Shown: positions 26,169 to 37,984 of the stretch, in pieces | How positions within the stretch are numbered: position 1 is the stretch's first letter | How the letters are laid out: each line of letters opens with the position of its first letter | NCBI GenBank assembly: GCA_043228905.1 | Contig: JBHGNT010000135.1 | Coordinates: 1 to 64,000 of the forward strand | Source: Azolla caroliniana | Taxonomy: Eukaryota > Plantae > Polypodiophyta | Length of the DNA stretch: 64,000 nt | Reading direction: 5' to 3' | Program-made: the position numbers and the translations under genes | The notes under the pieces: model-generated | The model's database searches: none | What the model was told of the DNA's origin: nothing | The model's input: only the letters and a program-made list of their open reading frames with translations

Positions 26169-27636
26169 CTAATAACGGTCATCATAAGCAGAAGAACGGC
26201 CGCCACCACTTGGACGATCATATGGCCCCGTGCGCTCTCGATACTTTCCTTCATATCGAGCAGCGCCTCCACTACCATAACGATCACTGCCTCGACCTGA
26301 ATCCCTATCACCATAGCGACCATAGTTACTTTCATACCTATCATAGCCTCGATCTCCATCACGGTCACGTTCACGTTCACTGTATCGGCCCCCACCATAT
26401 CCAGATCCACCACCATACCGATCTCTACCACCACCACCACCACCACCATATCGATCTCTACCACCACCACTACTATACCGATCACTCCGAGAGGAAAGTC
26501 TTCCTTCTCCACTTGGGCATTCTCGGGCCCAATGACCTGGTTGTCCACATTTAAAACAATCATCTCGACCAGCTCCTCCGCCTCCACCACGACCACCATA
26601 TCCTCCGCTCTTTGCTCCACCACCATTGTCGTAACCACTCTTGTAACTGGAGTTCTTGTCACCGCCACCATTATAAACTTTTGGTTGTGCTTTTGTAACT
26701 GACACTACCCGACCGTCCAGCTCCCGGTCATGCAGCCGAGCAATGGCCTCATCCATACCCCGTTTGTCAGCAAATGTCACAAAGCCAAACCCACGTGGCC
26801 GTCCAGTATCTCTATCGAGCATTATCTAGCAACAAGAACACCCAAAAAAAGATATAAGCCAGACATCACAAATTTCACCATACACAGATTTTTATAAGGT
26901 GTAGTGTCAGAAAGCACAAATTTGAGCTTATTCAAATGCAAATTTTAACATTTTCATATGGAATGTTCACTTCTACATATCATTTATGCATGAGTATACT
27001 TCATATGCAATTCTTCATATACAAATATGCATTTATCAATGTAAAGTTGGCGTGTACAGATGAGATAGTAACAGATAAGGCAACTCCATATGGAGTGCAT
27101 CTAACAAAAACTGAAATCGAACTGAAAAAACGTAGATGGTACTGGATCAGACGAGTTCATTGTCAGGTTACTTATTGAAATGTAATTTACCTCACATTGT
27201 TCATTTATCCATATGCAGAAAATTTCATTTGGAAATGTTAATCTCTTCCGATGCAAATATATATATTTCCTCATAATTCTTCAATTTAAATATCTATTTC
27301 TTCGCATGAGAATGCACAGTTCTTTAATTTATAGAATATCTGTTCATCTGTATTTATGCCGTATTTCATATTCGAATTTGTCTTTTGTACAGGAAACCGT
27401 TTTGATAATAATTGTTTTAACAAGGGATAGTACACGTTTGGGTCATTACTTCAGAATATACGAGAATGACTCGGTGAGAAGTAGCTACAGCAAAAGACTA
27501 TACAGATATTTCTAAAAAAAATTACCTTTGCATCAAGAACTTTACCGAATCGTCTAAATTCATCTTCGAGTTCTCTGTCGTTTATTTCCCACGAGAGACC
27601 TCCAACGAATACACGAAATTGTTCATAATCTGACAT
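26169..27636 (-). CDS. RZ1: Glycine-rich RNA-binding protein, RZ-1 type (RRM + CCHC zinc knuckle + RGG/RD-rich tail); exons 27636-27526 and 26825-26169, 255 aa
   Basis: RNP2 [11 protein letters not shown]1 [23 protein letters not shown] knuckle and a Gly/Arg/Asp/Tyr tail. Phase-0 intron AAG|GTAAT...GCTAG|ATAATG. Confidence 0.95.
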
Positions 27637-27646
27637 GATTTTCTTG

Positions 27647-28045
27647 CTGAAATGAAGCAAAAGGTAAGAACAGGAGAACAGATAATAACTGAAAACGCGG
27701 TCTATCTCCCTTCCTCAAATAAGTGAACTTATGTACATTTCGTTCTTTCTCTATCAGAAATAACCACCAGAAATCTCTGATATCAAAGCTACTACACGTT
27801 TACTTATTTCTTTCTGTCAATCTTTTCTTTATCTCTGATCTAATGCATGAGATGGGAGGAGAGAGATGGATGAGGAGCAGGAGAACATACCACGAGTCGG
27901 TTGAAGGGGCAGTGCAAGTCTCTGGATTTATCGTCTCCTATCTGTTGCTGGTGAGACAGTCGAAAGATTAGGGTTTCCAACGTCTTGCGAGTTCAAGAAA
28001 GAAGAGCAAAATAATCACTTAGTTTCTGCACTTGGGTGGGCTTTT
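27647..28045 (-). promoter_or_regulatory. RZ-1 5' region: probable 5'UTR intron (27890-27647), telo-box and site-II-like motif
   Basis: Minus-strand donor CGTG|GTATGT and acceptor TTTCAG|CAAG 10 nt before the ATG. AAACCCTAA telo-box at 27968-27976. TGGGCT at ~28037. Confidence 0.55.
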
Positions 28046-28159
28046 CTTTATTTCCCCAACTGGCCGGGTAATTTCTTTATTTCCCCGAATGCCCTTGTCC
28101 CCGCTCCTCGAGCGACTAAACAAACAATGTATGATGATGCTGCTTAATTTCCACACTTC

Positions 28160-28195
<36 letters not shown>

Positions 28196-29852
28196 TGTAT
28201 GTACGTATGTATGTAACTAAACCCCGTACACTATAGGCACTATTAAAACATTAGGGAAATTTGTGGAAACAAAGAAGAATTCATGGGCGTTTTTCCTTTC
28301 CAAATGTCATTTCCAATGTTGTTTCGTCGTCGCAAGGTTGTTGTAGTCAATACCCTTAAGAGAGTATGCAAGCATCGAAGGTTCACAAGGACATGGAGCT
28401 ACACACCTCCGCTTACCTGCCCATTTTTTGTACGAAAATAAGTCGTTGTATTCAGGCAAATGACTTGTTCACCCGAATGGTTCGTGAGATGAAATGTTGG
28501 AAAAGGTACTTGTGCCCTCCTCTCATTGAGTCACACCTTAGGGACACACACACATATGGAGTACCGAGGAGACACAATGTGTCTTCGATAGAGGAGACAT
28601 TAATTGGTGTCATAAGTCAAGTAATTCAACTCTTGAGGACATCATTACTATTGTCTACTCTCTCTCTAACTATAACTAGGTTACAATAAAGGTTACAACT
28701 TCCATATGTTAACATTGAAATGTTTAGGGACGGATCATTATCGTTTTTGCACATGAAACATACTAACATTGAACCACTTATACAAAATGGCAAGGCTTGA
28801 TTTGACACGCTACTTCGTAATAGAGTTGTATGAGTCAAACACAAGTGTATATGTATTCCCAATGCACAAATTTCCCAACATACAACACCGTTTAGGATTT
28901 CATTTTGTCTTTTTAGTTCTGGTGATTTGCTTGCGTCTATTATAAACTAATCACGTGTGTTATGTGTAGTGTGTCGAGAGACACCTAAGATCTCGAATGT
29001 TCATAATAACACCACTTGTTTTTTTGGTCTTGTCCATTTGGCCTAAACTAACTCATTGTCGATTTGAGCATGTGTCAAGAAGCTTCAGCACGAATGACTT
29101 GCTTCCCATCCACTAACTCCAAAATGACAAATATAATCTAAGCTATAACATAGTAATGGTAGTCTCACAATTGTATTGTCTAGACTTGGCAAGCCTTGTA
29201 TGTTTTGAATCGACATCGTGTTATTGGGTCCAATCAACACCCATGTGAGGCCTCCATGTTGTGTAGATAATTTCTCAACTCCTTCTATAATAGGACATTG
29301 ACTACCTTGATCCTTGTCAAGGATGAAGCCAACTATTATCTCACATGACCATCAATTGTGTTCCATATTAATACCTGAAGCTTGTGATTTGACACACTAC
29401 CATCTCGATGAAACTCATATATGCTCTCTTAATTGATTATTGGCGTTACCATTTCCTCACGACAATGTATCGTCTTCCCTCTTTATTCTGGTTTGTATAC
29501 ACCTACACACTCCCTCTTCTTACGAAAATCACACAACTTCCCTAAATATTCCACAAACAAAGCTACTAAACTCAAACCAACATTACGATACATGTGTTGG
29601 AAATTCGATGATGTTCAATGGAGCTAAAATACGTTTTGTAGGGAATTAACAAGTGGCTTCTTCCACAATACATAAACCCTGCAATGGTAGGTATAGCTAG
29701 ACCAATGCTCATTAACTACTTGTAGTTCTTTTTTCCTAACAAGATAGTACATTAGTATTAAGAAATGCCCTACGGCCATACAAAAAATATGTACATTTCG
29801 GTAGCAATCCCCTTTCTAAATTATAATTGTTAAAAAACATGAGACATCCAAC

Positions 29853-30155
29853 CATAGTTGTTACAAAACGTGTATTCTATGTTTCATAAAAGAATTTGAC
29901 ATTTCAAAAAAGTTTACAATTTTTTAAAATTAAAATTAAAATTAAAATTATTTAAAAACCTTAATATTTAAGAAGTATTTGACGTATTTTACACATATTC
30001 TACGTATTTAAAGTATTCTACATGTATTCTAAGTATTCAACATATGTATTTAATTGTAAAATACATATTCTAATTATCTGAAAAAAGTAGAATACTTTAG
30101 AATACTTAACATATGTATTCTATGTCTATTGTATGCTAAGTAGTGTACAACAATG
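29853..30155. mobile_element. hAT-type MITE (303 bp)
   Basis: Termini CATAGTTGT...ACAACAATG (8/9 inverted). Exact 8-bp TSD CATCCAAC at 29845-29852 and 30156-30163. AT-rich interior with GTATTCTA subrepeats. Confidence 0.8.
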
Positions 30156-30966
30156 CATCCAACCATGCCTTATAGATGTAATCACAACCAAGTAGGACGA
30201 GGACCATAGTCTTACAACATAAATTGCAAAAGGTCAAGACACACCCAACAACAATTGTCAACTCCATCCCATATTACCAAAGGGCAATCACTCTCCTTCA
30301 CAAGCACACACACACACCAACATGATACAAAATTGCGAGTAGAGTTTGGTTAAGCATCATGCCAAAGGCAACTACATTTCCATGTGCCCCTATTCAGGGG
30401 ATATTGAGGGACAGGGAGCATTTCCCACTACAATGTTACATTGCTTTCACAACCATCTCAACAATACTTCCCAAAAATCAAATACCATATACACCAATCT
30501 CACACAAGTTGTCTAAGTTAGACACATGAAGAAGCCTCGCCTCTTAGGAATGAACATACTCGTGTGCTTGCTTGACTCGAACATACCTTTGAGGCTTTGA
30601 TCTTAAGTGACATTGTTTATGCCTCACATGTGGTTGCACACCCTCCCGGCCCCCGGGAAAACTTAAAACACTCAATGAAGGTGTATACATATTTTTGCAA
30701 ATATAGTGAAAAAGGGTCTATTATTATTATTTCCGGAGGTTTTCTTTTTTTACAGTTTGCTCAGTAATAACTCCCATGAACCACGTCGAGTTTTATCTCC
30801 TCCAACACAGTTTTCAACAGGTTTCCCGTTAATACTTTAATTTTTAGAACATATTTTCTCGGCATTCTCTTCCTTTTCTTCTTCTTCTTCTTCCATCTCT
30901 TCGATTGCTCGTTTTGCTTTGATTAATGCGTTCTTTCTATGCCGATTTATATTAATAGATTTTACC

Positions 30967-33937
30967 ATGGCCGTCGGTTTCTCTACATCAGCTGCTCGAC
31001 AATCCGACTTCTCTGATAATTCATCATTCAGCTCTGTACTTCGTGTTCACGCTGATCGTCCCCAGAATATCACGATGAACTCAGGCCCTTATGGAAGAAG
31101 AAACAGCGACACCAATAATGCTGCAAGCTATGATCGTTGGTAAGGTTAATTTTGCATTTCTAGTATGTTTTACCTTTACTTTTTCTTTCACGTTTCAATT
31201 AATTGATTTATCTGTTGAAATAAATGTCTTAAACTTGTTTTCTGTCTGCATTAACATTCCCATAGGTTAGCTTTATTTTCGTTTTATTCTACGTAATTCT
31301 TGTCTTATATATATGGTAGCTCAGAATTATCTGTAAGACTGTATTTCTTCCTCTCACATTCCTCAAATGAACTTATTCTGAGAAACTTTGTGGCATACTT
31401 AATCCTTCTGAATACTAGCTATAGCAACTATGGCTCAAACAACTTGATATTTGAATCTTGAAGTTTTATCTTTTAAGACTTCATTCTTCCTATGGCAGTT
31501 TTCAAATCAAATTATTTTCTGAGAAATCGTGTGCCATAGTTAATTTTCCTCTTAGCCTATTTGTAATACTTACAATTCAAGAAAGTGATTTCAGTGGTTT
31601 CTGATGATACCAATGATTTCAAGAAGTTTTGTACTTTGCTGTGTTACGTAGACATTACATACCGGATTTCATGGATATTTTTTATTGATTCCATCATCAT
31701 GGATTAAATTAATGAATATTTCTGCAATCGATCTTCACAGTTTGCTGTTAGTAGGGACTAATTAAAAAAATTGTCAAGAAGTAAAATCTCTGCGATGTGG
31801 AGATGTGATGGAGCTCAGTATATATTGTCAGATTTGAAAAAAAATTCTTTGTAGCCAATTATCTATTTCAGTACAGTTCGATGACATTTTGTAATACTGT
31901 AATTCTTCCAGCAGAGTTTTCTGTCTATTCTACGTTCTATATTTATATGCTTAAATGATGTCACGGAAAAACGTTACTGTGATAATAGCAAATTATCTAT
32001 TTCCGTACAGATCAAGGACATTTCTAATACTGTAATTCTTCGAGCAGAGTTTCTGTCTATTCTACGTTCTATATTCATATGCTTAAATGATGTCGAGGAA
32101 AAACGTTACTGTGATAATGATTTGTTCTACTTGCCCGAGCAAAGGAAGAATTTCTTCATGATTCCATCGGCGTTCTTAATATCTGTTGTTTAAAAGGTTA
32201 AATCTGCATCATAAAAACCTAATCTCTATGGACGAACTGTGTTAATCCTTTGCAGCATTTCTGAAAGATGGCTATTCCGTTAACTGATATTGTTCTATAT
32301 AAAACGCAGGGAGATAACTAGTTTAGCGCTGATGATGGTTCTCCTTATCACTCTGTCTTTCCTTTTCCTGCCCCTTGCTCCTTGGGGTCTTATGGATGTA
32401 TATGAAATTCATCCACAGAAACTGAGCTCTATTCCTTTTCCATCTCCATCCGTATGCAAATTTATACAGTCGCAGGTTAATCCTGGCAGCCATAATTCAA
32501 GCAAGGTTGATAAAGTTCAAGGTATAAACCGAATTACGGTATCTTCGAGTAATTAGTTTCACATGATATCTTACCTGAATTTTAGGACGACGGAGAAAAG
32601 AGAGTCCTTAGCTTAACGCAAAATTTTACCTGCAAGAAAATGTAAATTTTATTAGGATTATGAAGACAAAAAAGAGTTGTTATCTGCAAGAGAACACAGT
32701 TTTCAATAAAATTATGAACAGATGAAAAAAATCTGATACAAGGCTTAAACAGTTTTGCCTTCATTAAACGTCTAATGGGAGCTTCTTATGGCGCCTTTTT
32801 GTAGAGAAAAAAAGGCCTGAATATTATGTGGCAGAAGCTTTTAACAATGAATACTTACAGAATGACGCAGTTCACGTCGAACGATTAATTCATCAGGAAA
32901 TTACTCAAGCAGAAAACATTTCTCATCATGAAAGGACTTATACAGAAGGAATTCGCGAAGAAAGTACTCAAGCGCTTGAAAATGTTTCTCGTCGTGAAAA
33001 GACTCCATCAAACGAGCCTAGTTCAGTTTCATATTTCTTCAAGGTAAAGTCGGCGAAACAAGGAGGAGGAGCAAATATAACAAAGGAAGATTCCATCGCA
33101 ATAAGGTCCCTCTTTGAAGCAGATGATGAAAGAATTTATTTGCTGGAGGAAAGGGAACAAAACCATGACAATCTACTAGATCCGATAATTTACATGCAGA
33201 ATAAGAGGGAACAAACCACGAAAATGGTAAATGAACAGACAATTATGAAGAAGAAAAGAGAACAAATCAAGAACATAATAGCAACACTGAGGAAAGCTGG
33301 GATGTTCGCTATGGTAGCAACAAGAATTGAAGCCATGGATTTATTGTCACTTCCACAGATGACAACTATTTTCGTTCCAACTGATTCTGCCTTTGACATC
33401 TTCATGAATGCTTCAAATGCATACATTTCTGACCGTCTATTGCACTATCACATTGTGGTTCCTCGTTACACTTTCGAAGATTTATGTGGATTGAAGAAAG
33501 GAGACAAACTGACAGCTTATCTGATGGGATGCAAGATCACTGTTACAGAGAATGAGCTCTTCAACTACACGTTAGACGATGTGAGGATTATTTCGCCTGA
33601 TCTATACGTGGATGATTCAGTCGTTGTACATGGCATCAATGGCATTTTGAACTACACAAAGTTCTGTAATATTAACGATACAAGTTCAGCGCCATCTCCT
33701 GAAATGAGTGGTTCATCCACATCATCAAACAATACTAAACCAGTGAGTAACTTGCCAACAAATCCTCTCTTGCAGAATAGTAATGGATCAACTAGTCTTC
33801 CTAGTGTTGCAGCTTCACCGATGAGTTTCAATGGTGTTTATTCCAAAGGTGTCACACATACTTCACATTCACAAGCCATCAAGTCAATGGGATTTGCAGG
33901 AATCTTACATGTTAGCTACATATTCCTGAGTTGCTGA
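30967..33937 (+). CDS. Fasciclin (FAS1)-domain / FLA-like protein; exons 30967-31139, 32310-32521 and 32805-33937, ~505 aa
   Basis: FAS1 motifs TTIFVPTDSAF (H1), LLHYHIV and ISPDLYVDDSVVVHGINGIL (H2), then a Ser/Pro-rich tail with a hydrophobic end. Junctions TG|GTAAGG..CGCAG|G (phase 2) and CAAG|GTATAA..TTTTGTAG|AG (phase 1) keep the frame open (1518 nt). The upstream exons are less certain than exon 3. Confidence 0.8.
31857..32118. repeat. ~133-bp tandem duplication in FAS1-gene intron 1
   Basis: AATTATCTATTTC.GTACAG..CTGTCTATTCTACGTTCTATATT..AAAACGTTACTGTGATAAT occurs twice. Confidence 0.9.
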
Positions 33938-34569
33938 TTTTACAGTAGCTAGTTAATGCTCCAGGGTTAGTAATAATATACTTATAAGTCATCTTAGCAT
34001 AAATCTTATAGTTATTTCTTGACTGGTCATACGGATTATATTGTCATTGGTGCTTCCCATGACAATTTATGAAGTATAAGAAGTTTCTGTAGTGAGCTTC
34101 AAGTGAGCTCTACGGAGGTAAATATATGTATAATCTTTTTCTTAATATTTTGGTTTTACTGTTTTTACCTAACCAAACAAAGAACAAATTTAATATACGG
34201 ATTCGTTGATATCATTTGCATTAACATAAAGAGACCATTCTAATGTCGGGATATAAAGATTTTGTAACTATAATGTGCATGATATTAATAGAACATCAGT
34301 TCATTACAGAGAACATCCTAACCTAGAGTCAGAAATGATAATTAGATTTGTTTCACATATGAGAAGAATCTTGTAAATATCATTTTTACTATGGCAAAAT
34401 AGCATGGTATATTTATTATCCTTTTGCATTCTTTAGCAAACGTTTAGAGCAACATACGTAGACATAGATCAATAATGTTTCGCAAATTCATAACACCCAC
34501 AATTAACATTTACATGTTAGTGGAGTATTCTAGTTTACGTAACACTGTTCTTAGTAGAGTAGAAAATCT

Positions 34570-34606
<37 letters not shown>

Positions 34607-34930
34607 CGTAAGTACCAAGGTCCAATATGACTGATGGAACCAAAAGTGAAACCCTTCCACATAGTATGTGTGGAATTGAACGGTGACACTCATGCTCAAG
34701 AACTTTACTAATAAACGTTGCTTTCGAGAGTGCAGATTGTGATCGTCAGAGGATGTATGTAGGAAGTGGATCAGATTGGCAATCCTTGGAGAGCAAACCG
34801 GAATGGATTGAATGTAGTGCATTGTATCAACGTGTGATACTTTGACTCTTGCACTTCTTTGGCCCGAAATATGCACAACTAATGAGTTTCCTCAATTGTG
34901 CTTTAATGTCTTGTCTCGCATCTGAGTGTG
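34570..34930 (-). mobile_element. RTE/CR1-group LINE 3' fragment with (CT)n tail
   Basis: The minus strand reads LRCETRH*...LCIFRAKEVQESKYHTLIQC (LRCETGRW plus a Zn-knuckle relic), then CAGTCATATTGGACC and (CT)n. Confidence 0.6.
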
Positions 34931-36649
34931 CAAGAGAGAATTCTAATGTACAGACAAAATAACATTTCCTATTTCAACGCAGTCAAAGATCTAATATTAA
35001 CGTGAATGGTTCTTAATGCAAAGAAACTAGGAAGGAGTTTGAACGAAGAGATATAGGAAGCAAATTATACAATGTACATAATATTTATGAAGTTAACTCT
35101 AGACAATTTGAATAGAAAAACATATGGTGGGACCCCTCTGAGATTTGGATATTTTCAATATATTGTGGAGAGATTACAAACTATACAACAATCAAAACTT
35201 TAGAGTGATCTTTGGAGCCTTACAATTAGGAACTTTATAACACACGTTATATATATACTAACATTCTTCCATAAAATGAACTTGAAAATATAAAGTTCCA
35301 TTGATCTTTGGAACATTAAAATCTTTATTGAGGTTCGAGGACATATTGCTTGAGAAATGGTGCTTAGGTTCTAAGAACTCTAGTTTTGGCCATGGCAACA
35401 ATGCCCAATAAGTCAATAATCGTAAACTTAATGGGGAAGATAAGGCAATGGGTCCTTTTAGGACATTGGGCTTGACCAAAATAATTTTCTTGAGCCCATG
35501 ATGTCACACATATTTGTATATAGGCAATCTTTCTTCAATGTATAGTAGAGCTGAATGACAATGGTTGTTTAGTCAAATTGTTTACACATTTGACGAAAAA
35601 CGTAGTAAAACTTGGACCATTAAGACACGCGATAGGAAATGCCATAAAAGTACATTCTCATTAAGTGATAGTGTAGAATTCTATGTTCTCGAGTGGATTT
35701 GCTTCATGTTTATGGTCTCAAATTCAATACTTGGCATTGTGTTTGGAAAGCGAAAGAAGCATGAACGCAATAGATGCTACATGAGTGTGCATTGTAAAAA
35801 GATTATACATATGCATGATTGAGGCAATTCACTTTGATCATGAAAGAGTTCATAACCCATCCATTTATTACATAAGGTTAGGGTAAATACATTAAAGATC
35901 TTGTGGCCATTTGTTTTCCATTCGTCTATTTGACTTGTTTGCTTTTTGCAAGGAAACCATGAACATTATGATCTCTTTTATCGATATGGGAGGTGGTTGT
36001 CATGTAATTTTGAGAGACTTCTCACCTAATTACTTAGGGGTTACCATAAAGGTACGGATTGATCAAGAACGAGAGTAAGAATAGTTAATGTGTCATTTGG
36101 ATGCTACAACCAAGCATGTTAACAAGGGTACACATTAACATTTTGAATAGCCATGAGATGTAGCGAAAATCTATCAAGGAAGGGGTATGCATAACAAGTC
36201 CCAGGCATAGAAATGTAGAGTGCATAGCTCTGCGATTGTATGTTTACTGCGGAAGGACTCCATGGGCCTTAAGACGAGCACCGCCGGGGGAGATAGATAG
36301 ATAGATAGATAGAGAGGGGTTTGGTGGTAATATTCTGAAGGCGGAATAGTTATTTCCGGGTACACTGCACTAAACTTAGGGTTAGGGTAAGGAAAAAAGG
36401 TGGATGTAAGAGAAACCCATAGCCTCTCGTCGCCGAGGGACTAAAACAGAAAAGCGGGGGCCCGGGGTGTGGGGATATACATACATAATTTAGTAAGACG
36501 TACCGGAGAGGAGAGACAGACAGACAGACAGACCATTTAGAGTGACCAAGAGCGCGAAAGACAGACATTCAGGGTGTGTGAGGGAGCAGAGAGTAGAGCA
36601 GAGCAGATCAGAAGAGACAGAGAGAGACAGAGACAGAGACAGAGACAGG

Positions 36650-37943
36650 ATGGATGGAGGGGCGAGCAACCAGCGGTTCCCCAGTGTGCGGATCAGGGAG
36701 ATGAAGGACGATTTCCTCAAGTTCGAGCTTCGGGACACGGACACCAGTATGGCAAATGCCCTCCGCCGAGTGGTGCTGTCCGAAGTACCCACCATCGCCA
36801 TTGACCTTGTGGAGATCGAGATGAATTCCTCTGTCCTCAACGATGAGTTCATAGCTCACCGCCTCGGCCTCATCCCACTCACTTCCTCCCGTGCTGTCCA
36901 CATGAAACTCTCCCGCGATTGTGATGCTTGCGATGGTGATGGCAAGTAATGCTTCATTCCTATCTCTCTCTCTCTCACTCCTGTCTTTCAGTTTCTGTTC
37001 AATTCCTATTGTTTTTTCTTTGCTTTTTCGTTGTTGTTGTCGTGGTCGTTTTCAATGTTTGGTTTTTCTAAGAGATGGTGATGGTGATGCTGACTTATTA
37101 TCATCTGGGTGGGAAGGAGTTGGGTTTTATCATCACACGACATTGTGATATACGTATATGAAAGAAATTTTTTCTCGGAGTGATGGTGGTGGTGATGTAC
37201 TATCATCTGAAAGACAGGGGGAGATACATTTGATTGTAGTTAGTAGGTGGAATATAATCTATGAAACCAAAAGAAACATAATGCTGGAAAGAGAGAGATA
37301 ATGAGATTATATGTTAACAAGAACAGGGTGCCAATATGATCTGAGGAACCTACAATTATTACAAAGCACACTCTCCAGCTGTGTAGGTGGGGGATTTTCT
37401 AATGGTAGAAAAAACAATAAACTAAGCTTGTTTCCTAATTTCACTACCTGGCCATTCATGATTTTAGTCCTTTGATTGAGTATAGGAGCAAAGAGTAGTC
37501 CTAATGTTGCAGGCGTTGCTCCCATTGTTGATGAAAGTTCTGGAAAATGAGGACAACCTTGCAGGAATGATTGAAAATCATGCATGATTTCTTCATATTC
37601 CAGGTAGTCCAAAGTGGAACTCTCTCCTGTTTTGGTAGGTTGGAGCAATATAGATCACATATTTTCGTTTTCTCCCATTCCTCCAATGTGAGACTTTGGT
37701 TACCAATGCATTTAAATGTCTGGTGTTTGCCATCTATCCGTAAAGTTGATTGAGATTTCACTTAGAAGAGCCAATTGAGCCATAGTTGAGGTGGCTGTGT
37801 CAATGTTTTGGATACTGTGAGATTGTTAGTTCATTACACTGATGTATCATGTAGTTTAAGAGAAGAGATATATGGTGGTGTGAAAAGGATGCGTGAAAGT
37901 GAATATTTGAACTCATGATGTTAAGTTGATGACCTAAATATCT

Positions 37944-37984
<41 letters not shown>

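Noticed and set aside
36941-36947. GC-AG donor (G|GCAAGT) for RPB3 intron 1
   Set aside because: It breaks the frame. The adjacent AA|GTAATG donor restores GDGKCEYC.
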